DNA of 32,383 nt from Chloracidobacterium sp. GTDB lineage: Bacteria > Acidobacteriota > Blastocatellia > Pyrinomonadales > Pyrinomonadaceae. The notes beneath the pieces are model-generated. The model was not told the DNA's origin and searched no databases. It saw nothing but the letters and a program-made list of their open reading frames with translations. Both the position numbers and the translations under genes were made by a program. Shown here piece after piece: positions 1-7,456 of the stretch (the first letter of the stretch is position 1; every line of letters starts with the position of its first letter). Where the stretch lies: contig JAYVOS010000074.1 of NCBI GenBank assembly GCA_043757775.1, positions 1 to 32,383 on the forward strand, in the 5' to 3' direction.

Positions 1-172
1 CATAACGGTTTCTCCTGTCAAAGAGCGAATTCTTGTCTGTCAACATCGATTCTACTCGATGCCTCGAGAAACCGTCTTTATAACATCAGGTCAGACCCCG
101 TTTTTACCTTCATCGTCACTGATTTTCGAGATCTTCTGCGAGGTGTTTCGAGAATCTAGATTTAGCGATATT

Positions 173-311
173 ATGGACAAGCGCTACCAGGTATTCGTAA
201 GCTCGATTTACGTTGACCTTAAAAAGGGAACGCCAAAAAGTAATTCAAACCTTGCTTGAGGCAGATTACATTCTTATGTTTGAAATCAGAGCGGTTCGTA
301 GGACCGCGTAG
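173..311 (+). pseudogene. Degenerate N-terminal fragment of a DUF4062-domain protein (frameshift, then in-frame TAG)
   Basis: ATG 173 reads MDKRYQVFVSSIYVDLK. Shifting one base inside the A5GGG run (221-228) continues KRERQKVIQTLLEADYILMFEI. Together these reproduce the DUF4062 N-terminal signature as I remember it (YxVFVSSTxxDLxxERQxVxxALLExD). The reading stops at TAG 309-311 and only about a third of the domain is present. Confidence 0.5.
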
Positions 312-329
312 CGGACCTTGGGAAAGAGC

Positions 330-782
330 ATGTTGGAAATTTGGAAAAAGCGACGAAGACTTGAAGCAGAGGCCCGGAGACTTGATGACGATTTTGCCGA
401 CGCCGAAAAACGACACGACATCGATGACATGGAGGCTATCGATTATCAGAGGGAACATAAACGAATGTGGATCGATTCAATCGACACACATAAGTTGCAA
501 AAGAAGCTCACCAAACGGGGCATTGAATTACCACGGGACAAACCTTCGTGGTGGTACACCGATATGCACTGGGACTTGGATCCAGCTGAAGCACCAGAGT
601 ACCTTTCTCCCGTCGGAAAAGCCGGAGCCACGAAACTGATCCGCGAGGATAGACGTGAAACAATCAAGTTTTGGATGAAAGTCTTGACACTGATTCTAAC
701 CGTATTGACGGGACTGGCTGGTGCAATAATTGGAATCATAACGACTCTGAAAGACCTGCCCACCATATCCCCTGTACAATAA
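330..782 (+). CDS. Hypothetical protein with a charged coiled N-terminal part and one C-terminal TM helix
   Basis: ORF 318..782 (TTG). The first ATG is at 330 (MLEIWKKRRR...). The C-terminus VLTLILTVLTGLAGAIIGIITTL is a clear hydrophobic helix. No family recognised. It lies in the same frame as the second half of the DUF4062 remnant. Confidence 0.45.
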   Translation: MLEIWKKRRRLEAEARRLDDDFADAEKRHDIDDMEAIDYQREHKRMWIDSIDTHKLQKKLTKRGIELPRDKPSWWYTDMHWDLDPAEAPEYLSPVGKAGATKLIREDRRETIKFWMKVLTLILTVLTGLAGAIIGIITTLKDLPTISPVQ

Positions 783-1005
783 ATACGGGGAATATCACGT
801 GGGGATCAGGCGTTCGATCCTGCTCCTCCTAAACTGTCTGAAAACGCAGCAACGCTCGTTGACCCTATCTTTTGCTAGGCGAAGAAGCCACTAAAGACTT
901 GAGTCCCAGTTATAAAGCCCTTAATCATTGGAAAAAGCTGTAGCCTTCGATGCGGTGCCGTCTTATAATTTTGCATTTTTTTGCAGAAGCAGTTAATCTT
1001 CATTT

Positions 1006-1581
1006 ATGCTGAAATCAAAGCTTTCAACCTCAGGAATCATTTTTATTCTTATCGGAATGGGTTTTACATTTCCTGCATTAGCCCAACGTAAGACTGCGAG
1101 TTCTCCGTCTAAAGTCGCTGCCACTAACAAACCTAAGTGTCTTTCCACAATTGATATTGATACAACCTATGATCGATTTGCGAATCAGTCCCTCAGAATG
1201 CTCTTCCTCGGATTTTTAAATGAAACCGATAGATTGAATCTTGGTTACGCATTTTCGGGACAGGTATTGACCAAATCTCCGCTGAACATTAACTTTCAAG
1301 TGATATCTTCACCTCCAACCTTTATAAGCACAACAAAACCGCAAGCCATATTCATAATCGACGGTCGTCGATTGATTCTCAATTCAACGGGTTGCTCAAA
1401 TATGGACCCGTATCATTGTGACTTCAATTTAAGTATTCCGGTACTTACTCAAATTGCAAATGGAGAAGCCGTAGAGTTTAAACTACATCAAAATGAGTAC
1501 AGTATATCGAAGGAATCATTAGAAGCCATTAAAGAGTTTATTAGAAGTACAAACCCTTTCTATCAGGGCTGTGAACGCTAA
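1006..1581 (+). CDS. Exported hypothetical protein
   Basis: 191-aa ORF with an N-terminal signal-like segment (GIIFILIGMGFTFPALAQ). No recognisable domain. Confidence 0.55.
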   Translation: MLKSKLSTSGIIFILIGMGFTFPALAQRKTASSPSKVAATNKPKCLSTIDIDTTYDRFANQSLRMLFLGFLNETDRLNLGYAFSGQVLTKSPLNINFQVISSPPTFISTTKPQAIFIIDGRRLILNSTGCSNMDPYHCDFNLSIPVLTQIANGEAVEFKLHQNEYSISKESLEAIKEFIRSTNPFYQGCER

Positions 1582-1648
1582 GAGAACATTTGCGGGCAAA
1601 TAATAGGCAAATAATTTGAACAATCGGGTTCAAACAATCGAGGCAACA

Positions 1649-1727
1649 ATAAAAAAAGAAGGTAAAAAAAGAAGGGGGTCAAAAAAGAAGGAAAAAGAAG
1701 GGGGTCAAAGGAAAAAGAAGGGGGTCA
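1649..1727. repeat. Purine-only tandem repeat array, unit A5-7GAAGG(GGGTCA)
   Basis: There are three full copies of AAAAAGAAGGGGGTCA (1666-1681, 1692-1707, 1712-1727) plus two truncated copies (1651-1662, 1681-1691). It lies in a non-coding gap between convergent genes. Confidence 0.85.
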
Positions 1728-1847
1728 GGCGAGCGATTCTTGAGTTGGCGGAGCGGACATGGATAGCTTTAGCCCCACGTGGAGCGTTTCGCGGAACGTG
1801 GGATGGACGTAAACCGATATTCGAGCGTGTGGAACACGCGGCATAAA

Positions 1848-1979
1848 CTCGCCGAGCGGAAAAGCTATGCTTTTCCGTGAGTCCCTAAAAAGTTATTGCG
1901 GTTATGCCGCCGTTCGGAGGCATAGCCTCTAATGTTTTTTATAACAGCACGGTGAAGCATAGCTTCACCGCTCGGCGAG
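1848..1979. repeat. 132-nt imperfect palindrome / triple-hairpin element (candidate MITE-like element or structured RNA)
   Basis: CTCGCCGAGCGG (1848-1859) is perfectly complementary to CCGCTCGGCGAG (1968-1979). The enclosed region holds two perfect 21-nt hairpins, CGGAAAAGCTATGCTTTTCCG (1857-1877) and CGGTGAAGCATAGCTTCACCG (1950-1970). A central 9-bp stem pairs GGTTATGCC with GGCATAGCC (1900-1927). Confidence 0.8.
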
Positions 1980-2025
1980 AAGGCAAGGATTGGGGTCGGG
2001 CCTGCGATTCTTGCAACAAGCGGAT

Positions 2026-2075
2026 AAAAGAAAAGGCTGTTCGACACGTAGTTGTCGAACAGCCTTTTATTATTT
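2026..2075. terminator. Bidirectional rho-independent terminator
   Basis: A 16-bp perfect stem (2031-2046 pairs with 2053-2068, loop CGTAGT) is flanked by an A-rich tract upstream and TTATTATTT downstream. It therefore gives a U-tract on either strand. It sits 20 nt past the stop of the minus-strand gene 2089..2640. Confidence 0.8.
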
Positions 2076-2088
2076 AGATCTCGGTGAC

Positions 2089-2640
2089 CTATGATTTCTT
2101 TACAAATACTTTCGTAGTTGTATCGGTTCCGCCGTCGCGGTTTGGGCGGGATGATTCGACGGAGAGTGTTCCGTCGGTACCGAGCCACCATTTTTCGGTG
2201 CTGGTGCGGTCGCCCATCGGGGTGACGATCGTGCGGGTGATGTCGAGCTTGCCGCCGTCGAGTTTGGCCTTCGTCGAGACCTGCATAGTTCCCTGACCGC
2301 CCTGCATTTCGGTTTTGACCTCTTTGCCGTCGAGCGTGTAGGTCATCGGCATATCGCCGCCCATTCCGCCGCCCATGCGTCCGCCGCCACCGCCCGGAGG
2401 GCCTCCGGCGGGTGCACCTGCGGGTGGTGCGATACGTTTTGTGGCTGTTTCGACTTTGATGTCGGTCGCCGTCTGGGTGACGGTCATGACTTGCGATTCG
2501 ATCGAGTTACGGTCGCCGAGTTTCGATTTGCTGACGTCGAGATTCCACGTGCCGCTAAAATCTACAGTCTTCTGTGCCGACGCCGAGACTGCCAGAACGA
2601 ACAGCGAAAAGACCGCCGCTAAGATAAATTGCTTCTTCAT
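2089..2640 (-). CDS. Exported hypothetical protein with a Gly/Pro/Met-rich internal loop
   Basis: Signal peptide MKKQFILAAVFSLFVLAVSASAQ. The internal low-complexity segment is PPAGAPAGGPPGGGGGRMGGGMGGDMPM. The rest is beta-strand-like. A terminator follows. Confidence 0.6.
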   Translation of the reverse strand: MKKQFILAAVFSLFVLAVSASAQKTVDFSGTWNLDVSKSKLGDRNSIESQVMTVTQTATDIKVETATKRIAPPAGAPAGGPPGGGGGRMGGGMGGDMPMTYTLDGKEVKTEMQGGQGTMQVSTKAKLDGGKLDITRTIVTPMGDRTSTEKWWLGTDGTLSVESSRPNRDGGTDTTTKVFVKKS

Positions 2641-2741
2641 AAAAAATTGCTCCTTACTAAATTGAATTAAAACTATGTACGCCTTTAAGACGCAATCTTA
2701 ACCCAATTAGTTAGTGCGAAAATGTAAAGAATTGTAAACCT

Positions 2742-4742
2742 TTATGCCTGGTCTTTTGCTCCACGCGATCTTTCTGAAAATACACCGATCAATCCGGCTA
2801 TCAGACCGGTAAAAAACAGTCCTACCTCGAAATTGAAAACAAAATTGACGGTAAGTGTCGGGAAAAAGTAGATCAAAAGATCTGAGATAAATGTAAAGGC
2901 AGAGATACCCAATCCCAACGCTGCCCCCAAAAATCCTATCGACGCGAGAATAAGATTTGAATTTAGCTTTTTCGCTCTGGTGTAATCGCCCTGTAGATGA
3001 CTGTGGACGTAGCCGTAACCAAAATAGATCGACATGCCAAACAGCAGCCAGACAGCGAACCGCGTCCAGTTGGTCACGCCGAGTTCGGTCATAAGATATG
3101 CACACAGCAACAATCCGGCCACGGGAATAAACGTAAGCTTTTTGACGATCGTTGCAATACCCAGCCCGAGACAAAGCAACAGAAACGCGATCATAGGGAT
3201 CTTGTGTGTAAAGGCCGCGAATGCGGTTTCGCCGTCGGCAGGTAGGATCTTAAAGAAATTAGAGACCGCCTCAGGGTTGAGGTAATAAAGCAGCCCGGCG
3301 GCGATAAGCAGCAAGACAGGTATGATCAATTGCCCATTAATGTAGGGGACAAATCGTTTCTCGCGTCCAAACTCCACATCCTTAAACAAAACGCCCGCGC
3401 ATACAACGACGAATGCGAAAAGCGTTCCGATACTCGCAAGATCAGTGACCTCGGTGAGGTTCATAAACAGCGCCGGGATCGCCACAACAAATCCCGTAAT
3501 GATCGTCGCAAACCATGGTGTTTTGAATTTCGGATGGATAGACGAAAACTTTTTCGGCAGCAGACCGTCGCGGCTCATCGCCATCCAGAGCCTCGGCTGG
3601 CCGATCTGAAATACAAGGAACACCGTCGCAAGAGCGATCACCGCACTTACCGAGATCACGCCTGCGATCCAAGGGATGTTTGCACCCTCAGGGCCGAAAA
3701 CAAAAGCGAGCGGGTCGCCGACATTCAGCTTGGTAAAACTGACCATTCCGGTCAACACCAGCGCCAGAGAGCAATAAAGGATCGTACATATTATTAGCGA
3801 CCAGATCATCGCTCGCGGCAGATCACGCTGCGGATTTACGCACTCCTCAGCCGTGGTCGAGAGTGCGTCAAAGCCAATGTAGGCAAAGAATACGGCCGAA
3901 ACGCCCTTCATCACGCCGGCAAAACCGTTTGGTGCAAACGGCGACCAGTTAGCCGGATTTACATAAAAGAATCCGACAAAGATCACCATCAAAATAATGC
4001 CGATCTTGAGGATCGTCATCGCGTTTCCGGCGTATTTTGATTCGCGGATGCCGATGTAAACCAGGCACGTAATGACGAATACGATCAGCAAGGCGGGCAG
4101 GTCCATCACCATGTGTATGCCGCCGACCTGAGGTGCGTTTGCCCAAGCGGAATACGAATCAAGCTGGCCGCAGCTGATAGCCGCGTCTGTGGCATCGCAA
4201 GTTGCCTTTAGCGAATCGAGCGTACCGCCCGCAGTCAAAGCCTCGCTAACAGCAGAAAAACCGCGTTTGGCGGTCAGGAAATCCATCGTGAAATGCAGCG
4301 GAATGTTAATGCCGTAGCCTTTGAGCATCCCTGTAAAATAGTCGCTCCACGATATTGCGACCGCGATGTTGCCGATGGCGTATTCGACGATCAGATCCCA
4401 GCCGATGATCCACGCAATCAGTTCGCCCAAACTCGCGTATGAGTACGTGTAAGCAGAACCGGCGACGGGAATCCGCGATGCAAATTCGGCATAGCAGAGT
4501 GCCGCGAAAGCACACGCAAGAGCCGTAAACGCAAACAGGAATATGACCGACGGCCCGCCGTCATAGGTGGCTTTGCCGACCATCGCGAAAATGCCTGCAC
4601 CGACTATGGCTGCAACGCCCATCAGCGTCAGGTCAAATTGTTTTAGCGTCCGGCGCAAGCCGCCTGTGCCGTCGTGATCGCTCAAGCCTGCGGCCGCGTC
4701 GGCCTGTATCTGCGAAATGGATTTGGTTCTGAATAGGTTCAT
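2742..4742 (-). CDS. Amino acid permease, APC superfamily (cationic amino-acid transporter-like, with extra C-terminal TM helices)
   Basis: 666 aa and polytopic. The N-terminal motif LTLMGVAAIVGAGIFAMVG and the overall APC/CAT-type layout are recognisable by eye. Confidence 0.85.
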   Translation of the reverse strand: MNLFRTKSISQIQADAAAGLSDHDGTGGLRRTLKQFDLTLMGVAAIVGAGIFAMVGKATYDGGPSVIFLFAFTALACAFAALCYAEFASRIPVAGSAYTYSYASLGELIAWIIGWDLIVEYAIGNIAVAISWSDYFTGMLKGYGINIPLHFTMDFLTAKRGFSAVSEALTAGGTLDSLKATCDATDAAISCGQLDSYSAWANAPQVGGIHMVMDLPALLIVFVITCLVYIGIRESKYAGNAMTILKIGIILMVIFVGFFYVNPANWSPFAPNGFAGVMKGVSAVFFAYIGFDALSTTAEECVNPQRDLPRAMIWSLIICTILYCSLALVLTGMVSFTKLNVGDPLAFVFGPEGANIPWIAGVISVSAVIALATVFLVFQIGQPRLWMAMSRDGLLPKKFSSIHPKFKTPWFATIITGFVVAIPALFMNLTEVTDLASIGTLFAFVVVCAGVLFKDVEFGREKRFVPYINGQLIIPVLLLIAAGLLYYLNPEAVSNFFKILPADGETAFAAFTHKIPMIAFLLLCLGLGIATIVKKLTFIPVAGLLLCAYLMTELGVTNWTRFAVWLLFGMSIYFGYGYVHSHLQGDYTRAKKLNSNLILASIGFLGAALGLGISAFTFISDLLIYFFPTLTVNFVFNFEVGLFFTGLIAGLIGVFSERSRGAKDQA

Positions 4743-4833
4743 AGTCGTATTCCTTGAAACTAAATTGATCTTGCTTACTTATTCTGAAAGGCTGGTTTTA
4801 GCGAATTTTGAACCAATTTGGCTTGAGAGTCAA

Positions 4834-4929
4834 GGAAGTCTAGAATGTCGTGGAAGTCTTGGAAGTACGTGAGTCAACAATTCTACCCCCTTTCTAGACT
4901 TTCCAGACTCTTCCAGACTGTCTAGACTA
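4834..4929 (+). promoter_or_regulatory. Imperfect ~30-nt inverted repeat built from AGTCTRGA/TCYAGACT units in the UPF0016 leader
   Basis: The left arm is GGAAGTCTAGAATGTCGTGGAAGTCTTGGAAGT (4834-4866). The right arm is four tandem 9-10-nt units, TCTAGACTT TCCAGACTC TTCCAGACTG TCTAGACT (4892-4929). The arms are largely complementary. The right arm ends 5 nt before ATG 4935. Confidence 0.45.
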
Positions 4930-4934
4930 TTGAA

Positions 4935-5207
4935 ATGGACTGGAAAATATTTGGAACGGCGTTTATAACACTTTTTTTGGCGGAGCTTGGGGATAAGACA
5001 CAGCTCGCGGTCATAACGATGACATCGAGTACTGAGTCTAAGGTCTCGGTATTTCTCGGTGCGGCGACTGCATTGGTCGTTGTAACGCTGATCGGTGTGC
5101 TGGTCGGCGGTGTTTTAAGCGAATACATCCCGACTGAATGGCTGCAGCGGATAGTCGCTGTGGCCTTTATCGTGATCGGCGTGCTGATGCTGCTGGGTAA
5201 GCTTTAA
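4935..5207 (+). CDS. UPF0016 (GDT1/TMEM165/MneA-type) family membrane protein, single-repeat half-size form; putative Mn2+/Ca2+ transporter subunit
   Basis: 90 aa with three hydrophobic segments and the family-defining ELGDKTQ motif (FLAELGDKTQLAV). Confidence 0.85.
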   Translation: MDWKIFGTAFITLFLAELGDKTQLAVITMTSSTESKVSVFLGAATALVVVTLIGVLVGGVLSEYIPTEWLQRIVAVAFIVIGVLMLLGKL

Positions 5208-5209
5208 AT

Positions 5210-5242
5210 ATAAAAAGGGACGGTTGCGTTAACAACCGCCCC
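5210..5242 (-). terminator. Rho-independent terminator of the minus-strand gene 5277..6584
   Basis: The hairpin GGGACGGTTG/CAACCGCCCC spans 5217-5242 with one mismatch. On the minus strand it is followed by CTTTTTATAT. Confidence 0.6.
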
Positions 5243-5276
5243 TAGGCCCGGGAGAGAAATACTGCTAACCAATAGA

Positions 5277-6584
5277 CTATTGGTCGGCAACAAAATCGAG
5301 ATCGGCAATATTATCAGTCAGCGAGATGACGCGGACAGGTTGGCTGAATGTAAAGCGTCGCGATCGGACACTCACCATAACAGACTGCCCATCAGGTATT
5401 TCGCTAAAGTTATAAAAACCGCGACGTCCGGTCAAAGCTAGATGCATCGTTCCATTAGCTTCGGTCAAGATCACGCGAGCGTTTGCCAAACCTCTACCGT
5501 CAGACAATGTTACGCGTCCCCCGACCGACACATTAGCTGCCGTGGGTGCGGCGACGATCTGGGCAATCACCGAAGAAGAGGAAAAATCGCTATTGTAATG
5601 ATAGCTGCTGCCCGAGAAATCGTATATCAGAGTGTTAAGAGTCTGCGACGTACCGGCACCTGACATGACCTTTACGGTGTAGGTAAGCGTCACGGCGCCG
5701 CCCACTTTCCCGCCCGCAATATTTGCTGGCCCTGTGCACGAGCGATACGTGCCGTTGGCGGGGTCTGAATTCCAGCCGCATGCATCTTCATAAACCTTAT
5801 TGCCATTGTAGCCTGACGGCGCCGAATAGGTCGATGACACGCTAAGTGTCTGAAAGATCACGTTTGGCAAATTGATAAAACTCGCAAGCTGTTCGTAGCC
5901 ATTGGTCGCCGTTGATCCAATTAGCTGGATAGTGTATGTATTTCCGACAACAAGGTTCATCGTGCCGCCAAAAGGGACGCTCACGCCGTTAAGTTTGATC
6001 CCCGAGACGCTGTTGCGGTTTTGCGAGACTAGTCTCTCGACATAGAACTCGCGGGGCGTCGGAGTGCTTACGACACCAAGCGTGTCTGCCGTCGCCGTTA
6101 TGTGATAACTCCGAGTTGCATCATAGGCCGAGCTTGAGCGTGTTATAGCTACTTCGTAGTAAAAATCGGTACATGCTCCCGCTCCGAGCGAAGCTGCACT
6201 CACGGACGAACTCGAACCCGTACGAAGGTTTACCAAAGCATTTGCGGTGTCCCACACGAACGCAGAGGTGACATTTATCGCGGCAGCGTTTCCGGTGTTG
6301 CAGACACGAGCGCCCACCGGAAATGTATCCGGGCCGGCAGTCACATTATTGCTGTCGAGTCCGGTGACGCCCCAGGAGATCGGTGTGACAGTCAGTGCCG
6401 GGGCAACCGCGGCTTCGTCGGAGACGATGTCAAACGAGCCTTTCTCCAAGGAGAGACCGGTAAACTTTTCCTGCATTCGAACATTCGGAAAAAGGTCTTG
6501 AGAGGCTGCTCCCAAAAACGTCAACATCATTACAAAAAGAGCGATCACAGCCTTAGGGCCGTTCAAGGGGTTTTTGTTTAGCAT
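5277..6584 (-). CDS. Exported large hypothetical protein with a C-terminal carboxypeptidase-regulatory-like (CarboxypepD_reg) beta-sandwich
   Basis: The ORF runs to 6704, but the M at 6584 starts a signal-like MLNKNPLNGPKAVIALFVMMLTFLGAAS. The C-terminus VGGRVTLSDGRGLANARVILTEANG...GFYNFSEIPDGQSVMVSV matches the CarboxypepD_reg pattern. The Thr/Ser/Gly-rich body is Ig-like. Confidence 0.6.
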   Translation of the reverse strand: MLNKNPLNGPKAVIALFVMMLTFLGAASQDLFPNVRMQEKFTGLSLEKGSFDIVSDEAAVAPALTVTPISWGVTGLDSNNVTAGPDTFPVGARVCNTGNAAAINVTSAFVWDTANALVNLRTGSSSSVSAASLGAGACTDFYYEVAITRSSSAYDATRSYHITATADTLGVVSTPTPREFYVERLVSQNRNSVSGIKLNGVSVPFGGTMNLVVGNTYTIQLIGSTATNGYEQLASFINLPNVIFQTLSVSSTYSAPSGYNGNKVYEDACGWNSDPANGTYRSCTGPANIAGGKVGGAVTLTYTVKVMSGAGTSQTLNTLIYDFSGSSYHYNSDFSSSSVIAQIVAAPTAANVSVGGRVTLSDGRGLANARVILTEANGTMHLALTGRRGFYNFSEIPDGQSVMVSVRSRRFTFSQPVRVISLTDNIADLDFVADQ

Positions 6585-6771
6585 ATTTTTGGTTAAAAGC
6601 CGTCGGGAACGCGACGGCATAAGAATTTTATTCGGTTTAGCAATATCAAACTGATATTTCGAGGCGTGGCTTACTGGGGTGCAAGACCGTCCCTCAATAC
6701 CCAATAAAGATTAACAACAATGTTTAACCCTGTCAAGATTTTTTTTGCGTCACTGACTTCAAGAGGTGAGG

Positions 6772-7317
6772 TCAGCCTTTTAGTCGAGAGAGAAACTTCT
6801 GACGAAACTTTGCGACCTTTGGCGCGACGACGGCGTTGCAATACGGCTGATTTGGGTTGTTGGCGAAATATTCCTGATGGTAATCTTCGGCGGGCCAAAA
6901 TTTGTCGAAAGCGGTGACCTCGGTCACGATCGGGTTGTCGTAGATGCCCTCGGCGTCAAACTGAGCGATGGTTTCTTCGGCAGTTTGTTTTTGCTGATCT
7001 GAATGATAAAAGACCGCTGAGCGGTATGATGTGCCGATGTCGCCGCCCTGACGGTTGAGCGTGGTCGGGTCGTGGACGGTAAAGAAAACCTGCAAAAGTT
7101 CTTTGAATGACAGCTCGCTCGGGTCAAATCTGATCTGCACAACCTCGGCATGGCCGGTCGTCTCGGAGCAAACCTCTTTGTACGTAGGATTTTCAGTATG
7201 CCCGCCGGAGTAGCCGGACACGACATCCTCGACGCCTTTCAGATCGTCAAATATCGCCTCAACACACCAAAAACACCCTGCCGCCAGCGTCGCCGTTTCT
7301 ATGTTATCCATAACCAA
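6772..7317 (-). CDS. msrA: Peptide-methionine (S)-S-oxide reductase
   Basis: GCFWCVEAIF active-site motif, GYSGGHTENPTYKEVCSETTGHAEVV, and a typical length of 181 aa. Confidence 0.95.
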   Translation of the reverse strand: MVMDNIETATLAAGCFWCVEAIFDDLKGVEDVVSGYSGGHTENPTYKEVCSETTGHAEVVQIRFDPSELSFKELLQVFFTVHDPTTLNRQGGDIGTSYRSAVFYHSDQQKQTAEETIAQFDAEGIYDNPIVTEVTAFDKFWPAEDYHQEYFANNPNQPYCNAVVAPKVAKFRQKFLSRLKG

Positions 7318-7383
7318 ATCTTACCAAACTTTGAATGATGACACACCATTTAGGCCATATTGATGTGTCGCTTATGGTTTTCG

Positions 7384-7412
7384 TTGACAGGTCACGTAAA
7401 AATACGTATTAT
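7384..7412 (+). promoter_or_regulatory. Sigma-70-like promoter upstream of the TPR-CHAT gene
   Basis: TTGACA (7384-7389), a 17-nt spacer, then TATTAT (7407-7412), 45 nt upstream of ATG 7457. AAGAGG motifs lie in between. Confidence 0.4.
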
Positions 7413-7456
7413 TTCGCAATCAAGAGGATAACCATTAAGAGGCAGGTAAACGGTCA

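Noticed and set aside
1-20. The window begins CATAACGGTTTCTCCTG, whose reverse complement is CAGGAGAAACCGTTATG. This is a good SD plus ATG for a minus-strand gene running off the left edge.
   Set aside because: Only the start codon is inside the window, so nothing can be said about the gene and it is not reported as a feature.
801-830. GGGGATCAGGCGTTCGATCCTGCTCCTCCT resembles a tRNA T-arm plus 3' acceptor strand, and could be an att-site remnant of an integrated element.
   Set aside because: The flanking bases do not form a proper 5-bp T-stem, no matching 5' acceptor strand or full tRNA lies upstream, and no integrase is present. The evidence is too weak.
1649-1727. Could the tandem repeats be a CRISPR array or a ToxI-like type III antitoxin?
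   Set aside because: The units are 11-17 nt with essentially no unique spacers, and there are no cas genes and no adjacent toxN/abiE-type ORF.
1616-1846. A 76-aa Lys/Arg/Gly-rich ORF (TTG start) lies over the purine repeat array.
   Set aside because: Its composition is simply the translation of A/G tandem repeats. It has no ATG and no RBS distinct from the repeat, and its 3' half runs through hairpin-rich sequence. I treat it as non-coding.
1740-2030. I checked the structured region for tmRNA, RNase P RNA, SRP or 6S RNA hallmarks.
   Set aside because: I could not find the conserved motifs of these RNAs (for example a tRNA-like 3' end with a T-loop and CCA-proximal acceptor, or the RNase P GGAAAGUCCGG-type box). 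It remains unclassified.
2707-4600. Multiple 60-155-aa ORFs on both strands lie inside the permease gene (for example 2707..3174, 3330..3797, 3442..3672).
   Set aside because: They are Arg/Ser/Pro-rich shadow frames of a GC-rich, clearly homologous 666-aa transporter gene.
4743-4934. A yybP-ykoY Mn2+ riboswitch might be expected upstream of a UPF0016 gene.
   Set aside because: I did not recognise the conserved four-way-junction loop sequences. This needs a covariance-model scan, so I reported it only as an uncharacterised inverted repeat.
6585-6704. The ORF track offers N-terminal extensions (6704 for the exported protein, 15286 for the receptor, 19064 for queG, 26479 for xylG, 29288 for the RDD protein).
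   Set aside because: In each case an internal Met starts a signal peptide or matches the family N-terminus. The extensions overlap neighbouring genes or lack family similarity.
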